Positions 52,001-64,000 of a DNA stretch of 64,000 nt are shown here, piece after piece. The DNA is taken from NCBI GenBank assembly GCA_951406725.2, contig OX597838.1, forward strand, positions 34,968,001 to 35,032,000, written 5' to 3'. A program made the position numbers and the translations under genes. The notes under the pieces were generated by a model that had not been told where the DNA came from, searched no databases, and was given only the letters and a program-made list of their open reading frames with translations. The stretch is from Octopus vulgaris. Its lineage: Eukaryota. Positions within the stretch are counted from its first letter, which is position 1; every line of letters starts with the position of its first letter.

Positions 52001-55000
52001 GTTGGCCTGCTCGCCGAGCCAGCAGGGTGGTGGGCATTCGAAGGCTAAAACAATGTAGAATACATTATGACCAGTGATGCGTAACAACACATGAATTAAT
52101 CTTCATTCAGTTCTCATTTGACATTTCTTCAATTTTGCTTTTCTTCTTTTAAAATCTTTCATTTGATCTGACCAGAAATATGCTTTCGTCTTTGCAGGAA
52201 AACAATGTTGATGCCATTCATCCTGGTTATGGCTTCCTCTCAGAACGTTCAGATTTTGCTCAAGCCTGTATAGATGCTGGTATTAACTTTATTGGTCCAA
52301 GCCCTCATGTTGTTCAACAGATGGGTGACAAAATTGAAGCCCGTCAAGCTGCCATTAATGCAGGTAGGTAACGTTGCAAGTCTTCAACTCTTTATATTTC
52401 GTTTTTAAAAAAAAAGATCTTGTAGAGGCTGTATGGTAAGAAGTTTGCTTCCCAAGCACATGGTTCTGGTTTCAGTCCCACTGCAAGGCACCTCGGGCAA
52501 ATGTCTTCTGACTGTACCTTGTGGGTGAGGTTGAAGTTTCGTGGGAATATGCAGATTTCACAAGCGGTCCCCAACAATCCCGCATGTAGAGACATCCTGT
52601 TTGCTGCAGATTGTCCGCAGACGCAGGGACAGAGCGACCGAGGAGCCGCTGGTTGCCGAAACAGACACTCTGTTGGGTTGTGGCCCTAATACCACTCGGT
52701 GTCAGACCAATCCGCCTTGGGTGGCCCTACCAGGAACCGAAGTTCCTGACGGCATAGCTCTGACACTACCCATTGCCAGCGTCCCCACCACGGTGAGGAG
52801 GGGATGGACTTTGAGAATTCCATACAATGGCAACATCGGCCTGCACCGATGGAACCGTGACTGGCTCGCTATCTCCAATGAACTGATGCAGGACCGTCGT
52901 GCGTGGGCTGCCATGGTTCGAGATGCCTCGAGGGTAGTAGAAGAAGCCGACTCAACCCGCCCAGGGTGAATGCCGCCACAAGTACAAGTAAGTAAGTACC
53001 TCGTGGGTGAATTTGGAATCTGATAGATGGAAACTGTGGAAGCCTGTTTTGTGTGTGTGTGTGTGTGTGTATGCATGTGTATTCTTTTATTTTTTTCCTT
53101 GTTTCAGTCATTTGATTGCGGCCATGCTGGAGCACCACTTTGAAGTGTTTTAGTCAAACAAATTGACCTCAAGATTTATTTTTTTAAGCTTAGTACTTAT
53201 TCTATTGATCTTTTTTGCCAAACCACTAAGTTATGGGAATGTAAGCACACCAGAATCTGCTATCAAGCGATGTTGGGGGACAGACACAAAGACACACACA
53301 CACACACATATGGAAGACGGATGTTAAATGATGATGATGACTGGCTTCTTTCAGTTTCTGTCTCCCAAATACACTTAGAAGGCTTTGGTTGGCTCGAGGC
53401 TATAGTAGATGACACTTGGCCAAGGCTCCACATAGTGAAATTGAACCTGGAACCATGAGGTTGAGATGTGTTTGTCCTCACATTGCTTGATAACTGATGT
53501 TGGTTTGTTTATATCCTCTGTAACTTACCAGTTTGAGAAAAGAGACCAATAGAATAAGTACCAGATTTAAAAAAAAAAACAAAATACAAATCATAAGTAT
53601 TGAGTTCAATATATTTAGCTAAATCCCGTCAAGGGAGTGCCCCAGTATGGCCACATCCTAATGACTGAAACAATTTAAAAGTATAGATAAATCTGTGTGA
53701 GATTATTATTATTATACATACATACATACATACATACATACATAGGTACGTTGATGCAAATGGGAGAAGTAGAACTCAAAATATGAGTATGTTCTTTTAT
53801 TCTTTTATATATTTCAGCCCCGAGGCTGCGGCCATGCTGGGGCACTGATATGTATATTTTTATTAATATTTAGCAGAAATAACAGAGTGACTTACGGTTC
53901 GAGAGTCTTGTGCATTGGTAATCGCCAGCGCACGAAACTCTCAGACCTTGAGTCACTCTGCTGTGTTTACTACCTTTATCATTGACAACTTCACCTTTAA
54001 TTTCTCATCAGGTGTTACAGTGGTTCCGGGTACAGATACGCCCGTCAAAGAAGCAGAAGAAGCTGCTGCCTTTTGTCAGAAGTTTGGCTTACCCGTGATT
54101 TTCAAAGCTGCTTTTGGAGGTGGTGGTCGTGGAATGAGAGTAGTAAGAAAACTTGAGGTAAGTTCCTATGTCAGCTTGGAAGACTGTTGAAACCCCTAAC
54201 ATTTCACTCTCTCTCTCTCTCTTTACTCTCTCTCTTTTACTTGTTTCAGTCATTTGACTGCGGCCATGCTGGAGCACCGCCTTTAGTCGAGCAAATCTTT
54301 GTAAGCCCAGTACTTAGTCGAGCAAATCTTTGTAAGCCCAGTACTTATTCTATCGGTCTCTTTTGCCGAACCGCTAAGTGACGGGGACATAAACACACCA
54401 GCATCGGTTGTCAAGCAATGCTAGGGGGACAAACACAGACACACAAACATACACACAAATACATATATATATACATATATACGACAGGCTTCTTTCAGTT
54501 TCCGTCTACCAAATCCACTCACAAGGCATTGGTCGGCCTGAGGCTATAGCAGAAGACACTTGCCCAAGGTGCCACGCAGTGGGACTGAACCCGGAACCAT
54601 GTGGTTGGTAAGCAAGCTACTTACCACACAGCCACTCCTGCGCTTCTGATGCAGAATCGTTATCATCATTTAAAGTCTTGGCTCTGTACTGCTGTTGGTT
54701 AGACAGTTTGATTGTGTCCGATGAGTGCAAGATCTGTATTGTGCACCAGCATCTACTTTGAGATAGTTTCTATGGTTGGATGCCCTTCCTAATGCCAACA
54801 ATAATTATATATATGGATACTCTTATATCGGTTGGTGCTTTTTATGTGCCACTGGCACAGGGGCCAGCGGAGGCTTGCAATGGCCAAGATCGGTTGGTGC
54901 CTTTTATGTGGCTTCCGTTCCAGTGGCACGTAAAAAGCACCAACTGATTGTGGGCATTGCCTGCCTCTTCTGGCCCCTGTGCCAGTGGCACATAATAAAG

Positions 55001-55158
55001 CACCAACCCATCGTGGTTGGCATTAGGAAGGGCATCCAGCTGTAGAAACACTGCCAGATCAGACTGGAGCCTGGTGCAGCCATCTGGCTTCCGAGACCCC
55101 AGTCGAACCATCCAACCCATGTTAGCATGGAAAACGGACGTTAAACAATGATGATGAT

Positions 55159-55203
<45 letters not shown>

Positions 55204-56071
55204 ATGCATACAAATACACATATACATACATATAGACATATAATAGGCCCTGGAGTGAGTGTATGATAAGTAGCTTGCCTACCACATGGTTCCAGGTTCA
55301 GTCCCACTGCATGGCACCTTGGGCAAGTATCTTCTACTGTAGCCTCGGGCCAACCAAAGCCTTGTGAGTGGCTTTGATAGATGGAAACTAAAAGAATCCC
55401 ATCATGTGTATGTGTGTGTGTGTGTTTGTGTGTCTGTGTTTGCTCGCTCAACATCGCTTGACATCTGATGCTGGTGTGTTTACATCCTCATAACTTAGTG
55501 GTTTGGCATAAGAGACCAATAGAATAAGTACTGCTCGACTGAAGGTGATTCTCCAGCATGGCTGCAGTCAAATGACTGAAACAAATAAAAGAATAAAAGA
55601 ATATATATACATATATATGTATCCACACGCATACACATATGTGTATGGGTCCAACCCATGCCAGCATGAAAAATAGGATGATGATGATGTATACACACAT
55701 ATATATGTACATATATGCATAGATACATAAAATTTATATATATACACACACACGTACATAATATATATATATTTATACATACATAATATAGATATTTATA
55801 CATACAGATATAATGTTTGCGTGTATATATACATATATATGCAAATATGTATAAATCATCATCATTTAACGTCCATTTTCCATGCTAGCATGGGTTGAAC
55901 GATTTGACTGAGGATTGGCGAACCAGATGGCTGCACCAGACTCCAGTCTGATCTGGCAGTGTTTCTACAGCTGGATGCCCTTCCTATCGCCAACCATTCT
56001 GTGAGTGTAGTGGGTGCTTTTTACATGCCACCGGCACAGGGGCCAGAGGTGGCTGGCAAATGGCCACAATC

Positions 56072-56110
<39 letters not shown>

Positions 56111-58449
56111 AACACATACACACATATACAAGCAGCAGCATCCATGTTTAATGCTGGTAAGGGTCAAATACTTTGACATAATCCAATGGTTTGTAACACT
56201 AACTACTCTACTCCATGTACTTGGTGGCATTTTGTTTTGGTGCCACTGGCATTAGTGAAACTGTCACACAGGTTCAACTCAAACTCCATTCCATATGCTT
56301 GCTGACCTGTTAGCAATTGCAACCAAGTACATCTCAAATTCTACTTCATCAACAGTGACTTCGGGTCACCATCCCACATTGAGGGCAAACGTGTTTACGT
56401 GTGTTTCGTTGTTTTCTCTTTGCAGGATGTAAAAGAGAGTTTTGAACGAGCGTCTTCTGAGGCTCTGGCTGCATTTGGTGATGGTTCTTTATTCTTGGAG
56501 AAATTTATTGAGAGACCCCGTCATATTGAAGTTCAAATTCTTGGTTGGTAACATCAATATCTTTTCCCACTTATATTGATATTTTTGAATTTTTTTTGTA
56601 CATTGTTATGTTGGAAATATTTTGTTTATTTTTTTTGTGCAACTTGGCAAAAAAAAAATTAGGTGCCACTGTTTTGTCTTGTTTTGTTTTCTTGATTGAT
56701 AATCCAAGGGGCCACCTTGGTATTTCATAAACAACTCCGGTTAGGAAGATCCAAATTTTACATCAATAATTATTAAACAATATTAGCTAAAGGGCAAAAA
56801 TTTTGAAAAACTAAATATATGAATGTTTCTTTGACTGTGTGGTAAGAAATTTGTTTCCTAAACACATGGTTGTTCCAGTCCACTTATGCATACCTTTCCT
56901 TCTGGGGACACAAAACTCTACTTGTGAAGACATGTTGAGGCAAGTGAGAATCGAAATCGATCAACATCAATGGAAACTGCAGCTGTGATACCAGTGCCGG
57001 TAGCACGTAAGAGAACCATCCGAACGTGGCTGTTGCCAGCGCCGCCCCGACTGGCCTCGTGCCGGTGGCACGTAAAAAGCACCATCCGATTGTGGCCATT
57101 TGCTAGCCTCGCCTGGCCCCTGTGCCAGTGGCACGTAAAAAGCACCATCCGATTGTGGCCATTTGCCAGCCTTGCCTGGCCCCCGTGCTGGTGGCATGTA
57201 AAAAGCACCAACCGATCGTGGCCGTTTGCCAGCCTTGTCTGGCACCTGTGCCGGTGGCACGTAAAAAGCACCCACTACACTCACGGAGTGGTTGGCGTTA
57301 GGAAGAGCATCCAGCTGTAGAAACATTGCCAGATCAGACTGGAGCCTGGTGCAGCCTTCTGGCTTCCCAGACCCCAGTTGAACCATCCGACCCATGCTAG
57401 CATGGAAAGCGGACCCTAAACGATGATGATGATGATGATGGTTCTAGCCTCACTTCACGGAACCTTAAATAATGTCTTCTACTAAAGCCTCAGACCGACC
57501 AAAGCCTTGTGAATGAATTTGACAGAAACTGAAAGAAGACTGTCGTAAATGTCTGTGTGTTTGTGCCTGTGTTTGACCCAACCACAGCTGGACAACCAAT
57601 GTTGGTGTGTTTATGTCTCTGTACTCACTACATCAATTTAGTGGAGGCGCAATGGCCCAGTGGTTAGGGCAGCGGACTCGCGGTCATAGGATCGCGGTTT
57701 CGATTCCCAGACCGGGCGTTTTGAGTGTTTATTGAGCGAAAACACCTAAAAGCTCCACGAGGCTCCGGCAGGGGATGGTGGTGATCCCTGCTGTACTCTT
57801 TCACCACAACTTTCTCTCACTCTTACTTTCCTATTTCAAGGGGCCTTGTCACTCTCTGTGTCACGCTGAATATCCCCGAGAACTACGTTAAGGGTACACA
57901 TGTCTGTGGAGTGCTCAGCCACTTACACGTTAACTTCACGAGCAGGCTGTTCCGTTGATTCGGATCAACCGGAACCCTCGTCGTCGTCACCGACGGAGTG
58001 CTTCCCCACATCAATTTAAATGCAGGGCTATCATTAGCTGCACAAATAAATAGAATTTTAATCAGACTGATTAAAATTTACTTATTTACTTTCGTGTATG
58101 TGTGTGTGTGTGTGTGTGTGTTGTTTTTACACATGTTATCGTAATGTTTCTAACATTTTCCAGGTGATAAATATGGCAATGTCGTGCATTTATATGAGCG
58201 TGACTGCTCAGTGCAGCGACGTCACCAGAAAGTCGTAGAAATCGCACCAGCTCCCCAGCTGGATGAGGGATTGCGGCAAGCAATGGCCAAAAGTGCACTT
58301 AAGCTTGCTGATCATGTTGGCTACCAAAATGCTGGCACCGTTGAATTTCTCTTGGACAACGATGGACGTTTTTACTTCATTGAGGTCAACGCACGGCTCC
58401 AAGTCGAACACACAGTTACTGAAGAGGTCACCGGGTCAGTTAAGTTTGA

Positions 58450-58489
<40 letters not shown>

Positions 58490-60851
58490 ATTGTTTATCC
58501 CAGGTGAGTTGGTAGAATCATTAGTGTGCAGGACAAAATGCTTGGTAGCATTATTTCCTGCTCTTTACATTCTGAGTTCAAATTCCATCAAGGTCATCTT
58601 TGCCTTTAACCCTTTAGGGTTCAGATTATTCTGTCAAATGTGATGTTTGTTTATTTAAAATGGTTTGAATTAATCATGCATTATCTTGTAGTTTAGAGAT
58701 TTCACTGATGTGATTTTTTAGTTTTAGAACGACATGGTAGGGCTGAGGTGAGAGGCGAGATCTGGTCAGTTTCAATATAAAACAGGTTAAATATTTTGGC
58801 CGAATATGGCCGATTTGAATTCTAAAGGGTTAATCCTTTCAGGGTTGTTATATTAAGTACCAGTCGAGCACTGGGGTTAGCGGTTTTTCGTCTGTCTTCA
58901 CGTTCTGAGTTCAAATTCTTCCAAGTTCAACTTTGTCTATCATCCTTTTGGGGTTGATAAAATAAGAACTAGTGGAACACAGGAGTCAATGTAATTTACT
59001 AGTCCCCCTCCCCTCAAATTTCAGGCCTTGTGCCTTTAGCAGAAAGAATTATTATCATTGTTATTAAGCTGGTGTAAGGCATTGAGCTGACAAAAATCGT
59101 TAGCATGCCGGATGAAATGCTTAGCGGTATTTTGTCTGCCACTACGTTCTGAGTTCAAATTCCGCTGAGGTCGACTTTGCCTTTCATCCTTTCACAGTCG
59201 ATTGAATAAGTACCAGTTACGCACTGGGGTCGATATAATCGACTTAATCCGTTTGTCTGTCCTTGTTTGTCCTCTCTGTGTTTAGCCCCTTCTGGGTAGT
59301 AAAGAAATAGGTATTTCGCCGATTGCTACATTCTGAGATCAAATCCGCTGAGGTCGACTTTGCCTTTTGTCCTTTTGGCTTTGATAAAGTAAGTACCAGT
59401 TACGCACTGGGGTCGATGTAAACGACTGGCCCCTTCCCCCAAAATTTCAGGCCTTGTGCCTATAGTAGAAAACACTTATTATTAAGGTGATGAGATGGGA
59501 GAACCATCAGCAAGTCAAACAGAATCCTTAGTGGCATTTTTTTCCTGCTCTTAACGTTTTGAGTTCAAATCCCATCAAGGTAAACGTTGCCTTCAATCTT
59601 TTCGGGGTCAATAAAATAAGTAGCAATCAAGTAGTGGGACTGATGTAATCAACATGCCCCACCCTTCAGAATTGCTAGCCTTGTTCCAAATTTGAAAGAA
59701 TTATAAGTAGACGCAGGAGTAGCTGTGTGGTAAGTAGCTTGCTTATGAACTACATGGTTCCGGGTTCAGTCCCACTGCATGGCACTTTGGGCAAGTGTCT
59801 TCTACTATAGTTTCGGGCTGACCAAAGCCTTGTGAGTGGATTTGGTAGACGGAAACTGAAAGAAGCCCATCCTATATATGTATATTTATATATGTGTATA
59901 TGTGTGTGTGTATATGTTTGTGTGTCTGTGTTTGTTCCCCCAGCATTGCTTGACAACCGATGCTGGCGTGTTTACGTCCCCGTAACTTAACCTCGGGCCA
60001 ACCGAAGCCTTGTGAGTGGATTTGGTAGACGGAAACTGAAAGAAGCCTGTCGTATATATGTATATATATATATAACGGGAAAGTTTACGAAAATAAACAA
60101 AAGACGAAGGCAGGTGGAGTACAAACAAACAAATGTATTAGTATAGCACTCAGGAATAGAAATAGAAAAAAGTCTTTTATGTTTCGAGCCTACGCTCTTC
60201 GACAGAAAGATACACAGAAAAAAAACAAGGAGAGAAAAAAAAGCATGTAGGAGCTAACGATCTATCATGGCGTCCTGACTTCGGACATATATATATGTTT
60301 GCGTGTGTGTTTGTGTTTGTCCCCCCAACATTTACTTGACAACCGATGCTGGTGTGTTGACGTCCCCGTAACTTAGCGGTTTGACAAAAGAGACCAATAG
60401 AATAAGTACTAGGCTTAGAAGGAATAAGTCCTTGGGTCGATTTGCTCAGCTAAAGGCGGTGCTCCAGCATGGCCACAGTCAAATGACTGAAACAAGTAAA
60501 AGAGAGTAAAAGAGTCCCATTTGGGTACAACAATTAACCTTAGATGCCACAAACCCTCCCAAATATCCTAGCTGCCCCTAATAACAATGTTTTCTGGGGC
60601 TGCACTAAACTAGGTTTTATACCTATTTCATCCATCCATTTACTCTCCTTACTTGTTTCAGTCATTTTGACTGTGGCCATGTTGGAGCACCGCCGTTAGT
60701 CGAGCAAATCGACCCCGGGACTTATTCTTTGTAAGCCTAGTACTTATTCTATCGGTCGCTTTTGCTGAACCGCTAAGTTACGGGGACGTAAACACACCAG
60801 CATCGGTTATCAAGTGATGTGGGGGGGGGGACAAACACAAAAACACATGCA

Positions 60852-60895
<44 letters not shown>

Positions 60896-63384
60896 TATAC
60901 AACAGGCTTCTTTCAGTTTCCGTCTACCAAATCCACTCAGAAGGCTTTGGTCGGCCCGAGGCTAAGTTACGGGGACATAAACACACCAGCATCGGTTGTC
61001 AAGCGATGTTGGGGGGAACAAACCCAGACATACAAACACATACATATATAATAATAATAATAATGATGATGATAATAAAACAGTGTTCTTTTCTGTTTCA
61101 CAGAGTTGACTTGGTTCAATCCCAGATCAAAGTAGCTGAAGGCAAAAGTCTGTCAGAGATTGGTTTAACTCAAGACAACATCAAATTACATGGTTGTTCC
61201 ATCCAATGCCGAATGACTACTGAAGATCCTGCAAAAAATTTCCAACCTGATACTGGCAGAATTGAGGTAAGGCAATTCTTATTTCCACCACACACAGCTG
61301 TGTTTATATTATGAATGGCAGAATCGTTAGCATGCTGGACAAAATGCATAGTGACATTTCTTCTGGATCTTTATGTTAGGGGTTCAAATTCTGCTGGGGT
61401 CAACTTATCCTTTTGGCATCGACAAAATGAGTATCACTTTAGTACTGGGATCAATACAATCAACTAACACATTTCCCATAAAATTTCAGGCCTTATGCCT
61501 ATAATAGAAAGAATTATTATTATTATTATTATCTATTATTATTATTATTTTTATTATCATCATCATCATAATCATCATCATCATCATCATTATTATTATT
61601 GAGTGAGAGAGAAATGCATACCATCAAAGTGACACTGGGGTACAAATATAGGAAGCCTAATGTGCCCATCATGACTGCCCATCATGACTACCCATCTGAT
61701 AAGGGTACACTAGGCACATGCATCACAGTCATATGTGTGCAACTCATATCAAGATAAATAGTGCATGACTTCGCAGGTGAAGCCCAGTTAGAATTTTCTT
61801 CAGGTTGAGTAGCCCATCCCACTCAAAATGTCACTGAATAAGGGTTGTTTAAGCATGTTAAATGCAACACCCATGTTTCCAGAGGTGAATTATTCAAACC
61901 CCAAAGAATTTTTCTCTACACATGGCTATAATGCTCCCTCACTACTTCTGCTCGTGATCAGAGATGCACATATCATCAACCCCCAAGAGACATGCTTCAG
62001 GGTCTTCTTTTTCTTCTTCTTCTTCTTCTTCTTCTTCTTCTTCCACCTCCTCCTCTTCCTCCTCCTCTTCTTCTTCTTCTTCTTCTTCTTCCTCAACATC
62101 ATAATCATCATCATCATCATCTTCATTATTATACTAAGGTGGTGAGCTGGCTGAATCGTTAGCAGGCTGAACGGAATACATAGTGGTATTTCACCCGTTG
62201 CTATGTTCTGAGTTCAAATTCTGCTGAGGTCGACTTTGCCTTTCATCTTTTTCGGGGTCAATAAATTAAGTACCAGCGAAACTTAGTGGTCAATGTAATC
62301 GACTTAATCCCCTCTCCCAAGCTGTCCTTGTGGCAAAAAATTTGAGATCATCATTATCATTATTATTATCCCTATAGGCAGTGGGCTGGCAGAATCGTTA
62401 GCACACGGGGGAAAATGCTTAGCAGTGTTTCACCTGTCTTTACGTTCTGAGTTCAAATTCCATCGGGGTCAACTTTGCCTTTCGTCCTTTTAGGGGTTGA
62501 TAAAATAAGTACCAGTTGAGTACTGGTGTTGATGTAATCAACTAACCCCCTCCCCAAAATTTCTGGCCTTGTGCCTATAGTAGGAAGGATTATTATTATT
62601 ATTGAGTGAGAGAGCAGTGCATGCCATCAATGTGACACTGGGGTAAAATATACAAAGCCCAGTATACCCATCATGACTACCTGTCTGATAAGGGTACACT
62701 GGGCACATGCATCACAACCATATGTATGCAACATGGCGATCTCATATCAAGATAAACAGCACATGACCTTGCAGGTGGGGCCCAGTTAGAATTTTCTTCT
62801 GGTTGAGTAACCCATCCTGCTCAAAAGGTCCATGAATAAGGGTTGTTTAAGGACGTTGAACGAAACACCCATGTTTCCAGAGGTGAATTATTCAAACCCC
62901 AAAGAATCCCTCTCAACACATGGCTATGATGCTCCCCCACTACTTCTGCTCGTGATCAGAGATGCACATATCGTCAGCCACTAAGGGACATGCTCAACTG
63001 GTTATGGTCAAACAACTGACAAGCAAATCTGTAGTATTGAGCAGAATATTTGCTGTAGCCCATCTTTTATGCCAAGACAAAATAATGTACATGATAACAC
63101 TTATTATTATTATTATTATTATTATTAATATATAAAGGATTGAGATAACTCCTCCAGAAGATATAGAGTGAAAATTAAAAGAAGAGTGCCACTGCCATCG
63201 AGTGAACGATATTTTGACATCTTGTGTCTCTTCAACTGGTTCAAAAAATAATTTTGTCAATCTACTTCATTTTGGTTAATATATTAAAATTTAATATATA
63301 TTAAAATTGATATATATAATTTCAAATCATTCAACCCATGCTAGCATGGAAAGCGGACGTTAAACAATGATTATTATTATTATG

Positions 63385-63436
<52 letters not shown>

Positions 63437-63553
63437 TATGTTTGACTTTTGCTTTATGTTTGTACAAGTTGGCTCCAAGTCTCACCCAGAGACCTCAAGA
63501 GACAACAGGTTGGAAGTTCACGTTGTTGTTATGCCTAGTGTGCCATATATTTG

Positions 63554-63597
<44 letters not shown>

Positions 63598-64000
63598 AAC
63601 AGCATGGCAAACTGGCAGAAACATTAGCCTGTTGGACAAAATGCTTAGTTGCATTTTACTTCTGGGTCTTTATGTTTCTGAGTTCAAATGCTGCTGTGGT
63701 CAACTTTGCCTTTCATCCTGTCAGGATTAAGAAGCAATGATGATGATGATGGTGATGATAATGGTGACTATGACGATGACACAAAGAATGGAGATGATGA
63801 AAAATTATGATTTTGCTGACAATAACAATGATCCTCATTTTGTTCATGTTGTAATTAATCAATTCTTCTCAATCTTATGTATTATTCTTGTTGTTGTTGT
63901 TGTAGGTGTTTCGGAGTGGCGAAGGTATGGGCATACGTCTTGACGGCGCTTCAGCTTTTGCTGGTGCCATTATCTCGCCCTATTACGATTCCCTCCTGGT
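43647..64000 (+). CDS. PC: Pyruvate carboxylase, mitochondrial; spliced CDS, 3'-incomplete: join(43647..43824,47826..48010,52198..52363,54012..54157,56426..56543,58164..58434,61104..61266,63906..>64000)
   Basis: The joined exons give an open frame of about 440 aa with biotin carboxylase motifs [109 protein letters not shown] and [37 protein letters not shown] and [13 protein letters not shown] point to PC rather than ACC/MCC/PCC. All introns are GT-AG, phases 1,0,1,0,1,2,0. Confidence 0.97.
47826..48010 (+). CDS. PC: PC coding exon 2 (185 nt)
   Basis: tttcctttgcag|GA; (G)[61 protein letters not shown]; donor GTAAGT at 48011. Confidence 0.96.
48047..49176. mobile_element. Inverted SINE A pair in PC intron 2 (48047-48515 +, 48785-49176 -)
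   Basis: Full-length copies in opposite orientation about 270 bp apart, with an older minus copy between them. Confidence 0.85.
50170..50375 (+). mobile_element. Penelope-like fragment, family P2, with a hammerhead-like motif
   Basis: Copies at 33865-34030(-) and 60075-60290(-), both inside the TA tract of SINE A. Core tcttt-CTGTCGA-a-gagc-gtag-gctc-GAAA-cg-ta-aaaga. Confidence 0.55.
52198..52363 (+). CDS. PC: PC coding exon 3 (166 nt)
   Basis: tctttgcag|GAA; [56 protein letters not shown]; donor GTAGGT at 52364. Confidence 0.96.
52529..52995 (+). mobile_element. Internally deleted RTE retroposon (5' UTR joined to 3' end) inserted in a SINE A
   Basis: TSD gtacct(t/c)gtgggtga at 52514-52528 and 52996-53010. 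The 3' part encodes [43 protein letters not shown], followed by a (AAGT)n tail. Confidence 0.8.
54012..54157 (+). CDS. PC: PC coding exon 4 (146 nt)
   Basis: tttctcatcag|GT; (G)[48 protein letters not shown], the ATP-grasp glycine loop; donor GTAAGT at 54158. Confidence 0.96.
56426..56543 (+). CDS. PC: PC coding exon 5 (118 nt; absent from the ORF track)
   Basis: ttttctctttgcag|GAT; manual translation [40 protein letters not shown]; donor GTTGGT at 56544; phases match both neighbours. Confidence 0.95.
56885..57440 (+). mobile_element. Longest family D retroposon copy, nested in a SINE A remnant
   Basis: About 4-5 tandem ~63-bp units (gtgccggtggcacgtaaaaagcacc...), then gttggcgttaggaag...aacccatgctagcatggaa...(GAT)n. 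Confidence 0.78.
57641..58007 (+). mobile_element. SINE family C (tRNA-derived head), full length with 11-bp TSD
   Basis: Head ggaggcgcaatggcccagtggttagggcagcggactcgcgg...ggtttcgattccc has A/B boxes. TSD acatcaattta at 57630-57640 and 58008-58018. Related heads at about 2438, 21447, 24810, 28728 and 51853. Confidence 0.85.
58164..58434 (+). CDS. PC: PC coding exon 6 (271 nt)
   Basis: cattttccag|GT; (G)[30 protein letters not shown]...[39 protein letters not shown]; donor GTCAGT at 58435. Confidence 0.96.
61104..61266 (+). CDS. PC: PC coding exon 7 (163 nt)
   Basis: ttctgtttcacag|A; (G)[54 protein letters not shown]; donor GTAAGG at 61267. Confidence 0.96.
63906..64000 (+). CDS. PC: PC coding exon 8 (truncated by window end)
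   Basis: ttgttgtag|GTG; manual translation [32 protein letters not shown]. Confidence 0.95.
   Translation, partial: MFRSGEGMGIRLDGASAFAGAIISPYYDSLL

Noticed and set aside
52541-52969. 142-aa ORF as a nested gene
   Set aside because: It lies wholly within the RTE-derived insert; only the last ~45 residues look like real ORF remnant.
57643-57715. Possible tRNA gene
   Set aside because: It has A/B boxes but no complete cloverleaf and continues into a SINE body with a TSD; it is a tRNA-derived SINE head.

Overview
Eukaryotic, AT-rich, repeat-saturated genomic DNA. The repeat families look like those of an octopod cephalopod (Octopus-like; inferred from repeat content, not checked). The only protein-coding gene I can support is mitochondrial pyruvate carboxylase (PC) on the + strand. 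It has eight GT-AG exons with consistent phases from ATG 43647 to the window end, encoding about 440 aa: a targeting peptide plus most of the biotin carboxylase domain. The gene continues past 64000. The first 43 kb is probably intergenic or 5' UTR intron. It holds several SINE families, CR1/RTE/Tx1-like LINE 3' ends, hAT and piggyBac-type MITEs, a Tc1/mariner remnant, a solo LTR, Penelope-like fragments, foldbacks and long microsatellites. Almost all entries in the ORF track are repeat artefacts. Top leads: (1) two families of minimal type-I hammerhead-ribozyme-like motifs; (2) a SINE that shares its tail with a Tx1-like LINE, inserts at RGTAY sites and appears to target itself; (3) an internally deleted RTE with a TSD; (4) a SINE-derived AG|GTGAGT site just after PC exon 6; (5) a piggyBac MITE multimer carrying the same spacer at two loci. 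No database searches were run, so family names are pattern-based.
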